Positions 47,946 through 59,285 of a stretch of 64,000 nucleotides of DNA are shown here, in pieces (position 1 is the stretch's first letter; each line of letters opens with the position of its first letter). The notes under the pieces are model-generated. The model saw nothing but the letters and a program-made list of their open reading frames with translations, did no database searches and was not told the DNA's origin. The stretch is from Vicugna vicugna. Its lineage: Eukaryota. The stretch is from the NCBI GenBank assembly GCA_013265495.1, contig MU063682.1, positions 434,001-498,000 on the forward strand. Reading direction: 5' to 3'. The position numbers were made by a program, and so were the translations under genes.

Positions 47946-49278
47946 CTATATTTTCCAAAGGCAGAGAGTGTCTCTGATTCCAAAAGAGGTTCAGAACCTC
48001 CAGCCTAGCCCTTTTGGATCCATGCCTTGGTCATATAGCCCAGCTGGTCACTTCTGTGTAATGATGTGGTCTCTTGGTTCACCCTGAACTCCATGCTCTG
48101 CAGCCTGAAAGCCAGTCCTGCCTCAGGGTCCTAGGTTCTGACCAGATCTAGGGCTTCTTTTAGAGCAGGAGATATGGCCACATCTTACCTCCCAGAGGAC
48201 ATCGGCTCACAATAATCTCATCAAGGATTGTCTATACAAATCATCAGGAACTGATACGCTCTTACCTGCCTCTAAATATAATTTCACCCTTCAACTGGAC
48301 TGCAAGCACCTCATAGTCAAGGGCACATAACACTGTGCACCAATCAGACATGGGCTGGGAAATCCATAAACACTTGTGGTCAATTCATTAATCAATGTCA
48401 TTGGCATCACAGGGGCAGGGAAGGATGAGAAATGTGGAGGTGTCCTAAAGAGCAGAGCGAAATGAGTCCTGTCCTTTAAATCATAACCCAGAGGCACTAA
48501 AGAAGAGCTTGTTTTCCCTCCCAAGACAACTTCTGACAGTTCTTCAAAACTGCTACTTGTACCCAGATATCTTTAAGGCAGACATACAAAACAACAGATG
48601 CTTGCTATGCGGAATACAGCTGCATTTCAAAAAAATGCAGGTGCCATCAGAGACCTAAGTCTGCACCTGTGGAGAGAAATACCCCCAGATACCACCATTC
48701 AGAACTTACATCTTAAAACAGAGCTGTTATCTCCACATTGTCTAACCCAGCCAGGAATCCCTTAGAAAACAGATAGGAACAACCTAATTTTACTAGTTGC
48801 TGCAGAAATCTAAAGCAGTCTATTTTCTAACTCACTACTGGAAGCAAGAAAAATACCTTTGACACTTACCCCTGCCCACACCTCACAAGAATCTGAATCA
48901 AACTCATACGGGTAACAGGCACACCTCCGCCGAGCTCTTAAAGGATCTGTCTCCCCCTAAAGCCAGGGTATCAGCAATCTAACTTCCTGTTTACAGGCAA
49001 CACACTTAAATAGAAGTTAATCATTTTCAAAATTAAAACACATAAAACATATAACACAAAATGGAATTTAATTTTCCTTTGAAGGTTCAGGAAGGAACTC
49101 ACAGATTTTTCAGTGTCTTGGATTCATTAATTTCAATCAGGACATTTACCGTAAATGTCTATGAGCAGAGCTTTTTATAAGTTCATTTGGTGATCTCTGC
49201 TATGACATTTTATTATTCTTCATTGCCCAATTCTTATGATATTATCTGGAAAGAAACAACGTCCTCCCAAGTACACTC

Positions 49279-49337
49279 TGTGTGTGTGTGTGTGTGTGTG
49301 CAGGTGCACGCTTGAGTGTGCATGTGCGCGCGCGTGC
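49279..49337. repeat. (TG)11 microsatellite with a following alternating purine-pyrimidine/CG tract
   Basis: tgtgtgtgtgtgtgtgtgtgtg caggtgcacgcttgagtgtgcatgtgcgcgcgcgtgc. Confidence 0.95.
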
Positions 49338-49744
49338 TTACACAACAGAAAACATACAAGACGATGGGAGACGTAATTTTATCTGAGTTTAAACTGATGA
49401 GAAAAACAGGAAAGGAGGGCCTTACTACTGTTTCTATCACTATCAACAGGAATCTTTTTACCTTATAGGACACGGATGTGGAAGATGGTTATATGCAAAT
49501 AGGGATGAAAATCGACAGAATTCCAATCTATAAATATTGCATCTCTTTTGGTGCCCTCTCTCAAAAGGAATGCACATATTCCCACCACAGGTACCTCTTC
49601 AGAGCCTGCCTCCTCCATGAAGTCTTCTTCACTGTCCCTTTACAACTCCTGCAGAATTCCTGGCCCACAGCACCCAGCTGGTGCACACCATTACCATGAA
49701 TAACAACACTCAGAATAAGCAACTAGCACCCACCGAGTGACGCT

Positions 49745-49890
49745 GTACTGCTGTCCCACTATTATTTTCCCCATTAACCCATGAGAGAAGCTAAGGACGA
49801 GAGAGGTTAATTAAGAAGCCCAGAGGCACAGATGGTAAATAGGAGACCGAGGGTTCAAACCCAAACAGACTGACTCCAGGACCTCCTTTC
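49745..49890 (-). mobile_element. MIR
   Basis: actattattttccccattaacccatgagagaagctaagg...gagaggttaattaagaagcccagaggcacagatggtaaat...gggttcaaacccaaacagactgactccag. Confidence 0.85.
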
Positions 49891-50123
49891 TCAGCCTACA
49901 CTCCCTTGTTTATTTTTCAGATGCACTGTGTTCTAAATCCCCTTGACTGTAAACGTCTAAGAGTAAGGCTTCTCTGTGTTCCTGGAGTCGACCACAATGC
50001 CTTACAGTCAGTTTGCTGGTAATAAACAACACAGTAATTTAACATCAGTTGGTATTCATTAAAAAAAAAAAAAAGGCCAGGCCTTTTCCTTGCAAGCCCT
50101 GTTTACCACGTTGGAAGGTTACA

Positions 50124-50445
50124 CAGGCATGCCTCGGTTTACTGCGCTTTGCTTCACTGAGCTTTGCGGATATTGCATTTTTTCATACATTGAAGGTTTG
50201 GGGCAACCCTGTATTGNNNNNNNNNNNNNNNNNNNNNNNNNNNNNNNNNNNNNNNNNNNNNNNNNNNNNNNNNNNNNNNNNNNNNNNNNNNNNNNNNNNN
50301 NNNNNNNNNNNNNNNNNNNNNNNNNNNNNNNNNNNNNNNNNNNNNNNNNNNNNNNNNNNNNNNNNNNNNNNNNNNNNNNNATTGTGATACTGACTTTACT
50401 GAGGTGGTCTGGAACCAAACCTGCAGGATCTCCAGGTTGCGCCTG
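50124..50445. mobile_element. Tigger1-derived internally deleted element (interior masked by Ns)
   Basis: The left end caggcatgcctcggtttactgcgctttgcttcactgagctttgcggatattgc...ttgaaggtttggggcaaccctg and right end gaggtggtctggaaccaaacctgcaggatctccaggttgcgcctg|TA match the Tigger1 termini. Confidence 0.88.
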
Positions 50446-51030
50446 TACAAGAAGACTAGAGGGCAGGAATTAAGCACAGTATTCTGGATCCCAGCTGTAC
50501 AGTAACAGTCTCACAGCCAAGGAAGATTGTGATAGAAAGGAGACACCTCTCAGATCCCTCTTAGGAAGGCCTGGCCGCCTGGCTGTGGGGAGCGCAGTCA
50601 GCAGGCAGCCTCAGCTCTCAGCTCATCCAGGGTCAGCGTCAGCTATAGAGAACCAGTTCTCTGTGCTGACACCAATTCCCAGAGGCTGAAGCTTCATCAT
50701 GCTCTCCCTGCTACAAGCAGGGGCACATGGGGAGACAGGTGATAGATGAAGTCTTAGCCAAGGTCCAGTTTATACTGGGTCTGTACACGGGGTCTGCAGA
50801 CCCAACTGGTGGTGCATAACTGAGACCAACATACTTGGTACAACCACTGCATTAGGTCCTTGGTCTGTGCGGTAAGACCTACCAGAGAGGAGAAGGTCAA
50901 GTGGAAGTTTGACGCTACCCTGCCCTGCCCCACCCGTCTCCCAGCCCAGACAGTAAATCAAAACCAATACTGCACTCCAGGGCAATGGCAGAGATGAGTA
51001 CTATTCTGAATGATCTAAAAGATGCAGGGG

Positions 51031-51084
51031 CCACAACACTGTAAAATGATTATGAATCAATAAAAAAAAAATAAAATAAAAAAT
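51031..51084 (+). mobile_element. Extremely 5'-truncated young L1 3' tail (54 bp)
   Basis: ccacaacactgtaaaatgattatgaatcAATAAAaaaaaaataaaataaaaaat, flanked by a perfect 15-bp duplication TAAAAGATGCAGGGG at 51016-51030 and 51084-51098. Confidence 0.88.
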
Positions 51085-51613
51085 AAAAGATGCAGGGGCA
51101 GTGGTCTCCATTACTTCTGGACTCATTTAATGTGCCAGTCTGACTCCTGCAGAAACCAGACGGATCCTGGAGGAAGACCGTAGACACACGAGAGCTCAAT
51201 CAGGAAAGTAGCCCTGATCACAGCCCATGTCAGATGTAGCATCTTTTCTAGAGCAGAATAAAACAGCCTCTGATCACACAAAGCCATTGATTTAGTGAAT
51301 GCATTTCTTTCTATTTCAATAAAAAAAGATCAGAAACAGTTTGTCTTCCATGGAACAGGGAACTGTATACATTTATAGTTTTGCCTGAGGGCAAATTTCT
51401 ACCCTCTGTCATAATATAGAAGGAAGAGACCTGGATGTCTGGACATCCCTCAGATCAGCACAGTGAACCATGACATAATGACATGATGTTGATCAAGGCG
51501 GATGAGCAAGACGTGGCTAAGTCGTTGGAGGCCTTGGGAAGACACAAGCTCTGTCTTCCACATTCATAAAACGTTTGGGGCTCCAGAGGCCAGGTGCATG
51601 CAGGATATCTCAC

Positions 51614-52041
51614 TGTTGAGACAGCTCCCCAAGATTTCCCACACTCCCACACATCTGCTGGGGCTGCTGAGAACACAAGGCCCCGACCACCTTTATCTGG
51701 GACGTTTCTCAAGCTTGGGTTGGCCGTGAGTAGCTTTGAGGGATAAGGTAACATCTCCCGGCAAATAAAGAACATCTTGCTTAGGGGTTTTTACAACGCA
51801 GGCCCCCCACCCCGGCTCGGTGCTCCCCTCCTGTGCTGTAACCACTCTGAGTGCAGGCTCCATCTCGGCCCACCTGCATCACCCCTTATGGGGTTCAGGG
51901 CACCAACAAGACCCTGCTGCCACTCTGGCCACTCCTTTGCTGGGACTTGTGTCAGCATATATGTAACTGTGATAAGCTAACATTTTAGTTTGAAAAAAAA
52001 AATAGAGAGTAAATGTCTCAGACCTTTCACAGTTCTTGACA
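51614..52041 (+). mobile_element. Solo LTR (LTR40-like, ERVL class) inserted in the RT region
   Basis: 428 bp with termini TGTTGAGA...TCTTGACA (imperfect inverted repeat). The 3' end tctcagacctttcacagttcttgaca matches my recollection of LTR40. RT coding is interrupted on the left (gatatc) and resumes on the right (FLHSAP...). Confidence 0.75.
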
Positions 52042-52964
52042 GCTACCTAACGTAAAACAGATTCCTGCATTCGGCACCTCGTACCACAAGGAGAGAAGCA
52101 CAGTCTCTGCTGGGCCTCTCTGGGGCTGTCAGACGCTGAGCCCTAAGGCTGCACAGGCCCAGCAACGGCCAGCTCTGAGACGGAGCCGTGCGCTCTGGAC
52201 CGAGCACAAGCAGCACCAGAGGCCCCCGGCCCCGGGGCACCCACCATCTGTCTCAGTACCCTTCCCACCGCTTGTCTGCAGTTGCACAGGGGACCCCATA
52301 TGATGAGCTGGAGGAGGAGGAGAAGCTCAAGCTTGCTTTACAGACAGGCCACCTTAGTGTGTGGGTTTGAGCCAAAACCGCATGGCAGCTCCATCACAGA
52401 CTCAACTCGGGACGACCAGGAAAGACAGCGGCAAGGGCAAGGCTCGCAACGGGGCGGGCGCCGAGCGGTCGCAGCAAGGTAACCACCTGGTACAGAAAAA
52501 AGATGCGGCACAAGAAAGGACCAAGCACGGGCTCACAGGCAGCAGGGAGTGGCCTGGCCAGACTGGCAGGGGCCCAGAAGGAAAGGTTGGAAGGTAAGGA
52601 CAGGAAAGTCCACAGCGTAGTCCTGTGGATGAATACATGGGAGTGGACATGAAGGGTGGGTCACGTTCTCACCCGCCATGGAAGAGGCACTGAACAGTCA
52701 AGTGGACAATATGACCTGACCAGTTAGTATCTGTCAGCCAGTCAGCATGAAGGATCCCCAACAGAGTGTCCACAGTGGCAGAAATGGGCTGAACAGCATG
52801 GACTTGCACTTAGGAAAGTTGATGTAATTACTGATTCCAATGAATGTCCAGTCTGCCAGCAACAGAGACCAACATGAGCCGTCTGGTAACGGAAGCACGG
52901 CTGGAAAGAGCCTGGTAGACAAGGCGATGCGGTGGCAAAGCCCTCTTCAAGGCCAAGGAAGTGC

Positions 52965-53270
52965 AGTTGGCACTCAGCCTCCAGCTGTCAGCTCACCCAG
53001 GACAGCCTCCAAGGGCCTCCTCACTGAAGTCACGGCCATCCTGGAGCCACCTGCATCTGGTGACAGAGTGAGGCAGAATGATGCAGAACAGCATCCGCTC
53101 CAAAGACCTCCTGGGTTGGACCAGGCTTCCTCAGGCCTGCATCACAGTTTGTAGTCTTCCTCGTCCAGTCCGGCTTTTTCCCCCTTCCTTGGACAGAAGT
53201 TGATCGTAATAAATATACTCCCCCTCAACTCCAGCTCAGCGTCTGCCTCCAGAAAACCTGACCTATGACA
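52965..53270 (+). mobile_element. 3' LTR of the ERVL-like provirus (LTR33-like)
   Basis: AATAAA at 53208-53213, followed by actccagctcagcgtctgcctccagaaaacctgacctatgaCA, a typical ERVL LTR terminus. Confidence 0.75.
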
Positions 53271-53314
53271 GAGGTGAATGAGAGGCACAACTCCGCCTCA
53301 GGCAGCTCAGACGT

Positions 53315-53480
53315 GTGGGTTCTGGAGTCCTGGCGCCCAGGTCTGAACCCCAGTTCCACCACTTCCCAGCTGGGAGACTCGGGACAAGATCTGAGCCTCA
53401 GTGTTGTCATCTGTAAAACCAAGGAGAGTAGAAGTTTCTCTGAGAGGACAAGTGTAAGAATGAAATGAGTGCCTTTCGTG
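53315..53480 (+). mobile_element. MIR
   Basis: gggttctggagtcc...ctgaaccccagttccaccacttcccagctgggagactcgggacaag...ctgagcctcagtgttgtcatctgtaaaa...gtaagaatgaaatgag. Confidence 0.85.
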
Positions 53481-53989
53481 CTGGTTTTCATTGATAACCA
53501 GTCCTATGGTGTTTCTTCCCTTGCTGCAGATTCGGCTTTGGTTGGTGATCTCTCATCTCATTTCTTTGAACTCTGAGTCTATAAATCTGGGCTCATTTGT
53601 AGAACAGAAGTATCTGTTCCTCCTGGCTGACAGAGTATTGTTTCTCTGCCAAAAAGCAGTGCTAACAGGGCAGAGCTCCAGGGCCACAAGGAGCGCTGAA
53701 GCAGAAAGCACTGGAATTCTTAGCACACAAACGCTGAAACTGTCCCTGTCTTCTTTCAAAGAACCAGAAGCAACGGACTGGGTGGCCTCTGCTAGGTTCA
53801 CGTGCAAGACTCAGTAAGCATCAGCAGAGCACCCTGCGTGCGGAATCTGAGAGCAGCGAACGGGGTGGCCGTTCTCTGACGTCGCCCCAAACCATCGCCT
53901 TGAAAAAGACACAGGTTTTAAATATCTTGTTTTGGTTTTTTTTTCCCCTCTCACTCCTCCTCCATTGCCCTCCTCCCACCAAATCATGA

Positions 53990-54140
53990 GACGGCAGCAT
54001 AGTGTCAGCAGGAGCGTAAGAGGAACGTGACAGTCAAGAGGTTGCAGTCCTGGCTCTGTTACTAGTAAACCTCTGAGACTTTCTGAGAAAAACCCCTCCC
54101 CACCTGCATCCTTAGCTTCCTTCGCAGTGACACGAGGGGA
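53990..54140 (+). mobile_element. MIR (degenerate)
   Basis: ggcagcatagtgtcagc...agtcaagaggttgcagtcctggctctgttact...ccttagcttccttcgcagtgacac. Confidence 0.55.
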
Positions 54141-56280
54141 GAGAAGGAGCTGCCTCCTGGCTCTTCCTGGTCTGGGTTTTCACGACACCCTAGACACGTC
54201 CCTCAACAATATCAGAGGCTCCTTAATGGGGAGGACAGTGCCACATACTGTCTAAATGTCTGTTGAATGAACTGCATTGAATTAATTGGTCTTCGGAGAC
54301 CTTTAAATATTTAAGTGCCCTTTGTTAAAAATAAAGAAAAGTACAAAAAACTGTTAAAGGAGAGGGGAGGTTAATTTTTAAGGACCAATCCTACCCCCAC
54401 ATCTGATCCGTCAAGTTTTGCTTATGTCACAGTTGGGGGAGGGGAGTCCATTTTAACTGACAAAGAAATGGTGGGAGTGTTGGCCAAGAGAAGGAAAAGA
54501 AATTTGGTGCCTTTTATTTATTTTATTTTATTTTTCCCAAGGTGGCCAAGTCAACCAAAAAAAAAAAATCCAAATCTATTTTGTTACATGTCAGACAGGA
54601 AAAGAACATCTTTCTAGAGCTACTGTGCTTGGGATTTATGCTGGTTTAACAGTACGACACAAATGAAATGAAACTTCACGTAACACTGTGAGAGACTTAT
54701 AAGCATATTTTCCTTGGGGCCCTGAGATGTAAAAGTAGGAACAGATGAGCAGGAGGAGCAGGACCCTGGGAAACACTTCTGGGGCTAGGACTGGAGAGGG
54801 GACAGGTTCCTGAGTCTTGTAGCTGAGGACCCCTAGGTTTCTTCTCTGGGGACATTAAGTCCCAGCAAATCTGTCTGTGTGGGGAACTAGGGCAGTTGCA
54901 CAAAAAGAAAGTTCCTAGAGCGAAGAGCTACACTCCTTCAAATGATCTACCTGGAATGTCTTTGCCTGAGCCCCAAGTCCAGCAGGGTAGGTAGGATGCA
55001 GGGGGCATGAGAAGGTTCAGCTCAACAATACAGAGTCTATCTGTGGGCAGGGCATGCAGGGGAATCCCAAAAGGTTGTTCTGTCCTATTATGATGTGTCT
55101 ACCAAAGTTTAGAGACTAGAGTCTTCTGCAAGTTTGATCTCAAGCCTGGCAAAGTCTCTTGTTGTAGTTATTAAACAGTAAAACAAACAAACAAAAAAAC
55201 CTCCCAAGGTTTCCAGGGACAGAGGTGAGAGGGGAAAGAGAACAATCACATGTGAGGGTGCCGACCTCCGAAGAAGAGCCAGAGAAAAGAGCGCGGACGC
55301 CCAGGCCCGCTGGCACAGCAGTCTCCCATCCTTCTCCCACCACAGTACCACAGGTGACGCCCACAGGGCACAGCAGCCCAAGCAGCTGCCACGGGCCCCA
55401 GGCAAGCCTCTGAGAGCCGAAGGGCTCAGCACCTCTTCAGCACTCCAGGCTCCGGGAGAAGAGTGAGGTAGAAGAGTAAGAGGTGGGAAGGGGCGGCCTT
55501 ACTCAGCAGTTCCCGCTTCTCAGACTCTTGTCTCTGCCTCTTCCTCTGAGAGGGTACTGGGCCTGTCTCAGGCTGTTCTGCTATGAGACACCAACATTAT
55601 ATTTCAGTCCATTTATAGGAAATTTCAGCTTTTCCGAGGTCACACCCTCTAGGGAGCCTTCCTGGTTCCCTTGGGCTGATTCCAGGTCCTTCTTTTGAAT
55701 TCTAGTGGCCTCTTTACTTACCTCCCCAAGACACTCTACGTTCCTTAACGGGAGGTTTGTTTACCATTCAATATCCAGTATCTAGCATTTTATTTGTTGA
55801 ATTTAAAAAACTAATAAAAAGCAGAACAGACTGCAAACAAATACTGATGAGAGATAAAGAATAGCAAGAGTCTAGACTCCAGTGGTTCAGAGACCAGGAT
55901 CCCTACCAGAAAAATCAGGGCACCAATTAGAAAAAAAAGAGAAAAATCAGGATGAACTAAATTAAAAGCCTATCCCTGGCACCAGCCAGCTCCAGACCCA
56001 CAGCCACGATGCAAGCACACGAAGGGAGACGAACAGGGTGGAGCAGCACCGCGAAACCTGCAGTGTTTGGACACTCAGGTGCTCCAGCCCCTGACTACTA
56101 TTTCCACTGGTAGAGTGATGAGCACAGAGGTACTTGAAGATACCCACGAATCAAGCAATAGATACTAATTTATCTAGGACAGGCTCCACATTAAGGCATT
56201 TTCAAAGCCATCAAAGGAAAAGAAACCTACATTCTCCAAACTACCTTCTCATGCAGTGGTTCTTAACCTTCTTTCTGCAC

Positions 56281-57105
56281 TTCACCGAAGAAGATATACA
56301 GATGATAAATAAGCACATGAAAAGATACTCATCATCATCGGTCACTAAGGAAGTGCATGTTAAAATCACAATGAGATACGACTGCATACCTACTAGAACG
56401 TCTAGCATGAAAAAGATTGACCATACCAAGCGTTGGTGAGGAAGCAGCGCAACTGGAACTCTCATACTCTGCTGATTAGAANNNNNNNNNNNNNNNNNNN
56501 NNNNNNNNNNNNNNNNNNNNNNNNNNNNNNNNNNNNNNNNNNNNNNNNNNNNNNNNNNNNNNNNNNNNNNNNNNNNNNNNNNNNNNNNNNNNNNNNNNNN
56601 NNNNNNNNNNNNNNNNNNNNNNNNNNNNNNNNNNNNNNNNNNNNNNNNNNNNNNNNNNNNNNNNNNNNNNNNNNNNNNNNNNNNNNNNNNNNNNNNNNNN
56701 NNNNNNNNNNNNNNNNNNNNNNNNNNNNNNNNNTACTATACAGTAATAAAAAGAAATGATCTATTGATACAGGCAACAATACAGACAAACCTCGAAATAA
56801 TTATGCTCAGTTAAAAAGTCATATTAAAAAAAGAGTATATATACTGTATGATTCCATTTACATAAAAGGAAATGTAAACTAATATACAGCAACTAAATGC
56901 AGTTCAGTGGTTGTGTGAGGATGAGGTATGGGGTAAGCAAGATTACAAAAGTGCATGAGGAAATTTAGAGGGTGACAAATGTGTTCGTTATCTTGATTAT
57001 GATAAGGTGATGGTTTTACAGGTATATCAAAAATTGCATATTTATGCATGTGTAATTTATTATATTTTTTGTATACCCCAATAAAGCTGTTTCAAAAAAG
57101 CTATT
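56281..57105 (+). mobile_element. Old L1 (L1ME/MD-like) ORF2 C-terminus plus 3' UTR, interior masked
   Basis: The ORF-track frame gives FTEEDIQMINKHMKRYSSSSVTKEVHVKITMRYDCIPTR (L1 ORF2 FSKEDIQMANKHMKRCS...IKTTMRYHLTP). It ends ...ccccaataaagctgtttcaaaaaa. Confidence 0.9.
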
Positions 57106-57574
57106 AAAGAAAAATAATACACATCAGATCGGCAATAAACTAAACTGTGTACTTCTGATTTACACACATACATTTAAAAGTGCCCAAAATGATGATGCAA
57201 CATGCTTAGTTGTAGACACTAATTTAACTGGAAGGACCAAACCACTAATATAAAATAAAAATACATCTAAAGGAAAAAGGTAAAGTATCACTAGACTGTC
57301 TTATTCTGAGGCCAAAAGAGTCACAGAGCTAACACTGGTCAGGGAAATAAGGTACTGACCACACTGGATACATCTGAGAGCTGACGAAGAAGCAATCAAG
57401 TTAGGATCCATCCTTTTCTGAGTTCTAAATACAAGTAGGTTCTCATCTGTGGCCTTGAGCAAATAAGCTCTACCAAGTATTCCCCCACAATTACTCCCTT
57501 CATCTTGTAGATGTCCTGACAATTGTTTTCTCAGATACCTCCATCCCTGGAGTGTTCCTTGCACCCCTCCTCGA

Positions 57575-57706
57575 GCAGGGGTTCTGAATGTCCGGTGCAA
57601 ATAGGAAACATCCTGGGAGCTGTTTAAAAATATGGATGACTGGAGCTCTCCCCACAAAGAATTCCTAACATGATTCTAATGTGTATCCAAAGCTGGGAAT
57701 CACCCC
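57575..57706. mobile_element. MER5A/MER5A1-like hAT MITE, internally deleted
   Basis: caggggttctgaatgtccggtgcaaataggaaacatcctgggagctgtttaaaaat...tgattctaatgtgtatccaaagctgggaatcac. Confidence 0.7.
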
Positions 57707-59064
57707 CTAAAGGCTCCTTCATCGCCAGAGAAGGGCTGGGCGCCCACATCTGGCTGGATCCTTTACTTCGAAGTCCATGCTAGTCCACTACTATCCAGCT
57801 ATCAGAATGTCCCCAGAGTGAGGACTGACCTGGATGGCTCATCCTAAAGACCATCAGGCTCTAAGCTCAGAGCTTCATCCAGGTTGAGAAACTGCCTCCA
57901 AACAGACAAAGACTGGTCTCTTCAGACTAAGCAAACCTGAGGAGATGATATACCTAATGTCTCAAGAAGCTAGAAATAAGTATCATCTGGGCTGAATATT
58001 GGGTTTTCAGGTTTTATTAAGAATTCCTGTGTATCTGCCATGAATGAGGACTATCAGAGTGACTGGTACCACCAGATCAAAATCCTTTCTGTCCTGAAAG
58101 ACTCAAGCTAAGAAACAAAGCCATTTCCTAACCCTTGCCTGGTCCCCATGTCCTGAAGTCACTGCACCTGTGACAGCTTACAGAAGAGTTTTCATCACAG
58201 ATGAATAGAAACACTGGCTTACTGCTTCTTGACTGATTCTAACTCTAAATAGGGACTTTCTGGGCCAAAATCTATGGGTTACTAATATCCACGTGGCAGA
58301 GAGAGAAAGAAAGAGACACGCCTCAAGAGATCGCAAAATTACTTTCCAAGAAAGATCAGAAAGATTTGAAAAAAAAAAAAAAGAATTTCACTTACAAGCA
58401 GCGTTGGTTGGGAATGGCACAGTGCAAAATCCTAACAACGCTGAAGCTCTTTGTTATGCAAAGAGGGATTAAAAAAAACACTCAGCTTCTATCTGATGAG
58501 CTGTACTATATACAACCACCCATTTCTTTTCTTCCTTTGCCCAGTACGGCCAGAGTGATGTAATAACCACACTAGACAGCTGTCTTCCTGGATAAAATCA
58601 CCTTGTAAAGGAGAAATGCAATTAGAGGATGCAATGAAATACAATTTTTAAACTGATTTTGCAGGCTGCCACATTCGACTTGGTGCTTAATGGCCAGGTT
58701 CTTTATTACAGTTTTGTTTTATGCAATTTCTCTTTGATTCAGTATCTATGGAAGACATGGAGTCTTAAATTTAGTCTATGTCACAAAGGGTCTCAGATAA
58801 ATACAGGACAGATCAGCTGAGAGTGAGGCCAAGACCAGAACCAGGCAGTAAAGGGCAGAGGTGCCCCCTTGCCAGGCCAGGTGGGGCCGGGCGGGGCAGG
58901 GCAGGTGTCCTTCACCAGCACCTCCTCTGCGCCCTCCTCTGGTCTCCCTCCACCACCCCTGGCAGATCCTACCCCCTCCTAGGACTTCTCCTGCCACCCA
59001 TACACTGCTGACTGCCGAAACTCTGCTTCTTCAACAATAATCCAAGCTCTAGACTCATGTTTCA

Positions 59065-59285
59065 AAAAAACATTTTATTGCGAAAAATGTCAAATATACA
59101 CGAAAGTAGGTAAGACAGTGTAATGAGCTCATCAACAGTATTATGTTCTCATGATCCAATTCCAACAATTAGCAGGTATTTTTATCACATCCTCCAGTAC
59201 GTTTGGGAGGTGGGAGGCTGGAGTATTTTAAAGCAAGTCGAGTCCATTACATGGCTTCACCCAAGGCTTATGGGCATGTCCAACT
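59065..59285 (-). mobile_element. L1MC/ME 3' tip (antisense)
   Basis: ttttattgcgaaaaatgtcaaatatacacgaaagtag...ctggagtatttttaaagcaagtc...ttcaccca. Confidence 0.7.

Larger units (their letters stand above)
50655..52960 (+). pseudogene. ERVL-type pro-pol remnant (protease, RT, RNase H, integrase N-terminus), disrupted
   Basis: Segments translate to recognisable class III retroviral motifs. There are multiple stops, frameshifts and deletions, and two nested insertions. Confidence 0.85.
50528..53270 (+). mobile_element. Degenerate class III (ERVL/HERV16-like) provirus: partial 5' LTR, pro, pol, partial 3' LTR
   Basis: Starts TG (50528) and ends CA (53270). A shared LTR segment at 50606-50631 and 52975-53001 is 24/27 identical. 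Pol motifs appear in correct order: QKPDGSWRKTVD (51150-51185), AIDLVNAFLSI (51283-51315), LYTFIVLPEG (51363-51392), decayed YxDD (~51468-51482), FLHSAPRTTRREAQSLLGLSG (from 52062), GTPYDELEEEEK (~52290) and WAEQHGL...ECPVCQQQRPT (52785-52874). Confidence 0.9.
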
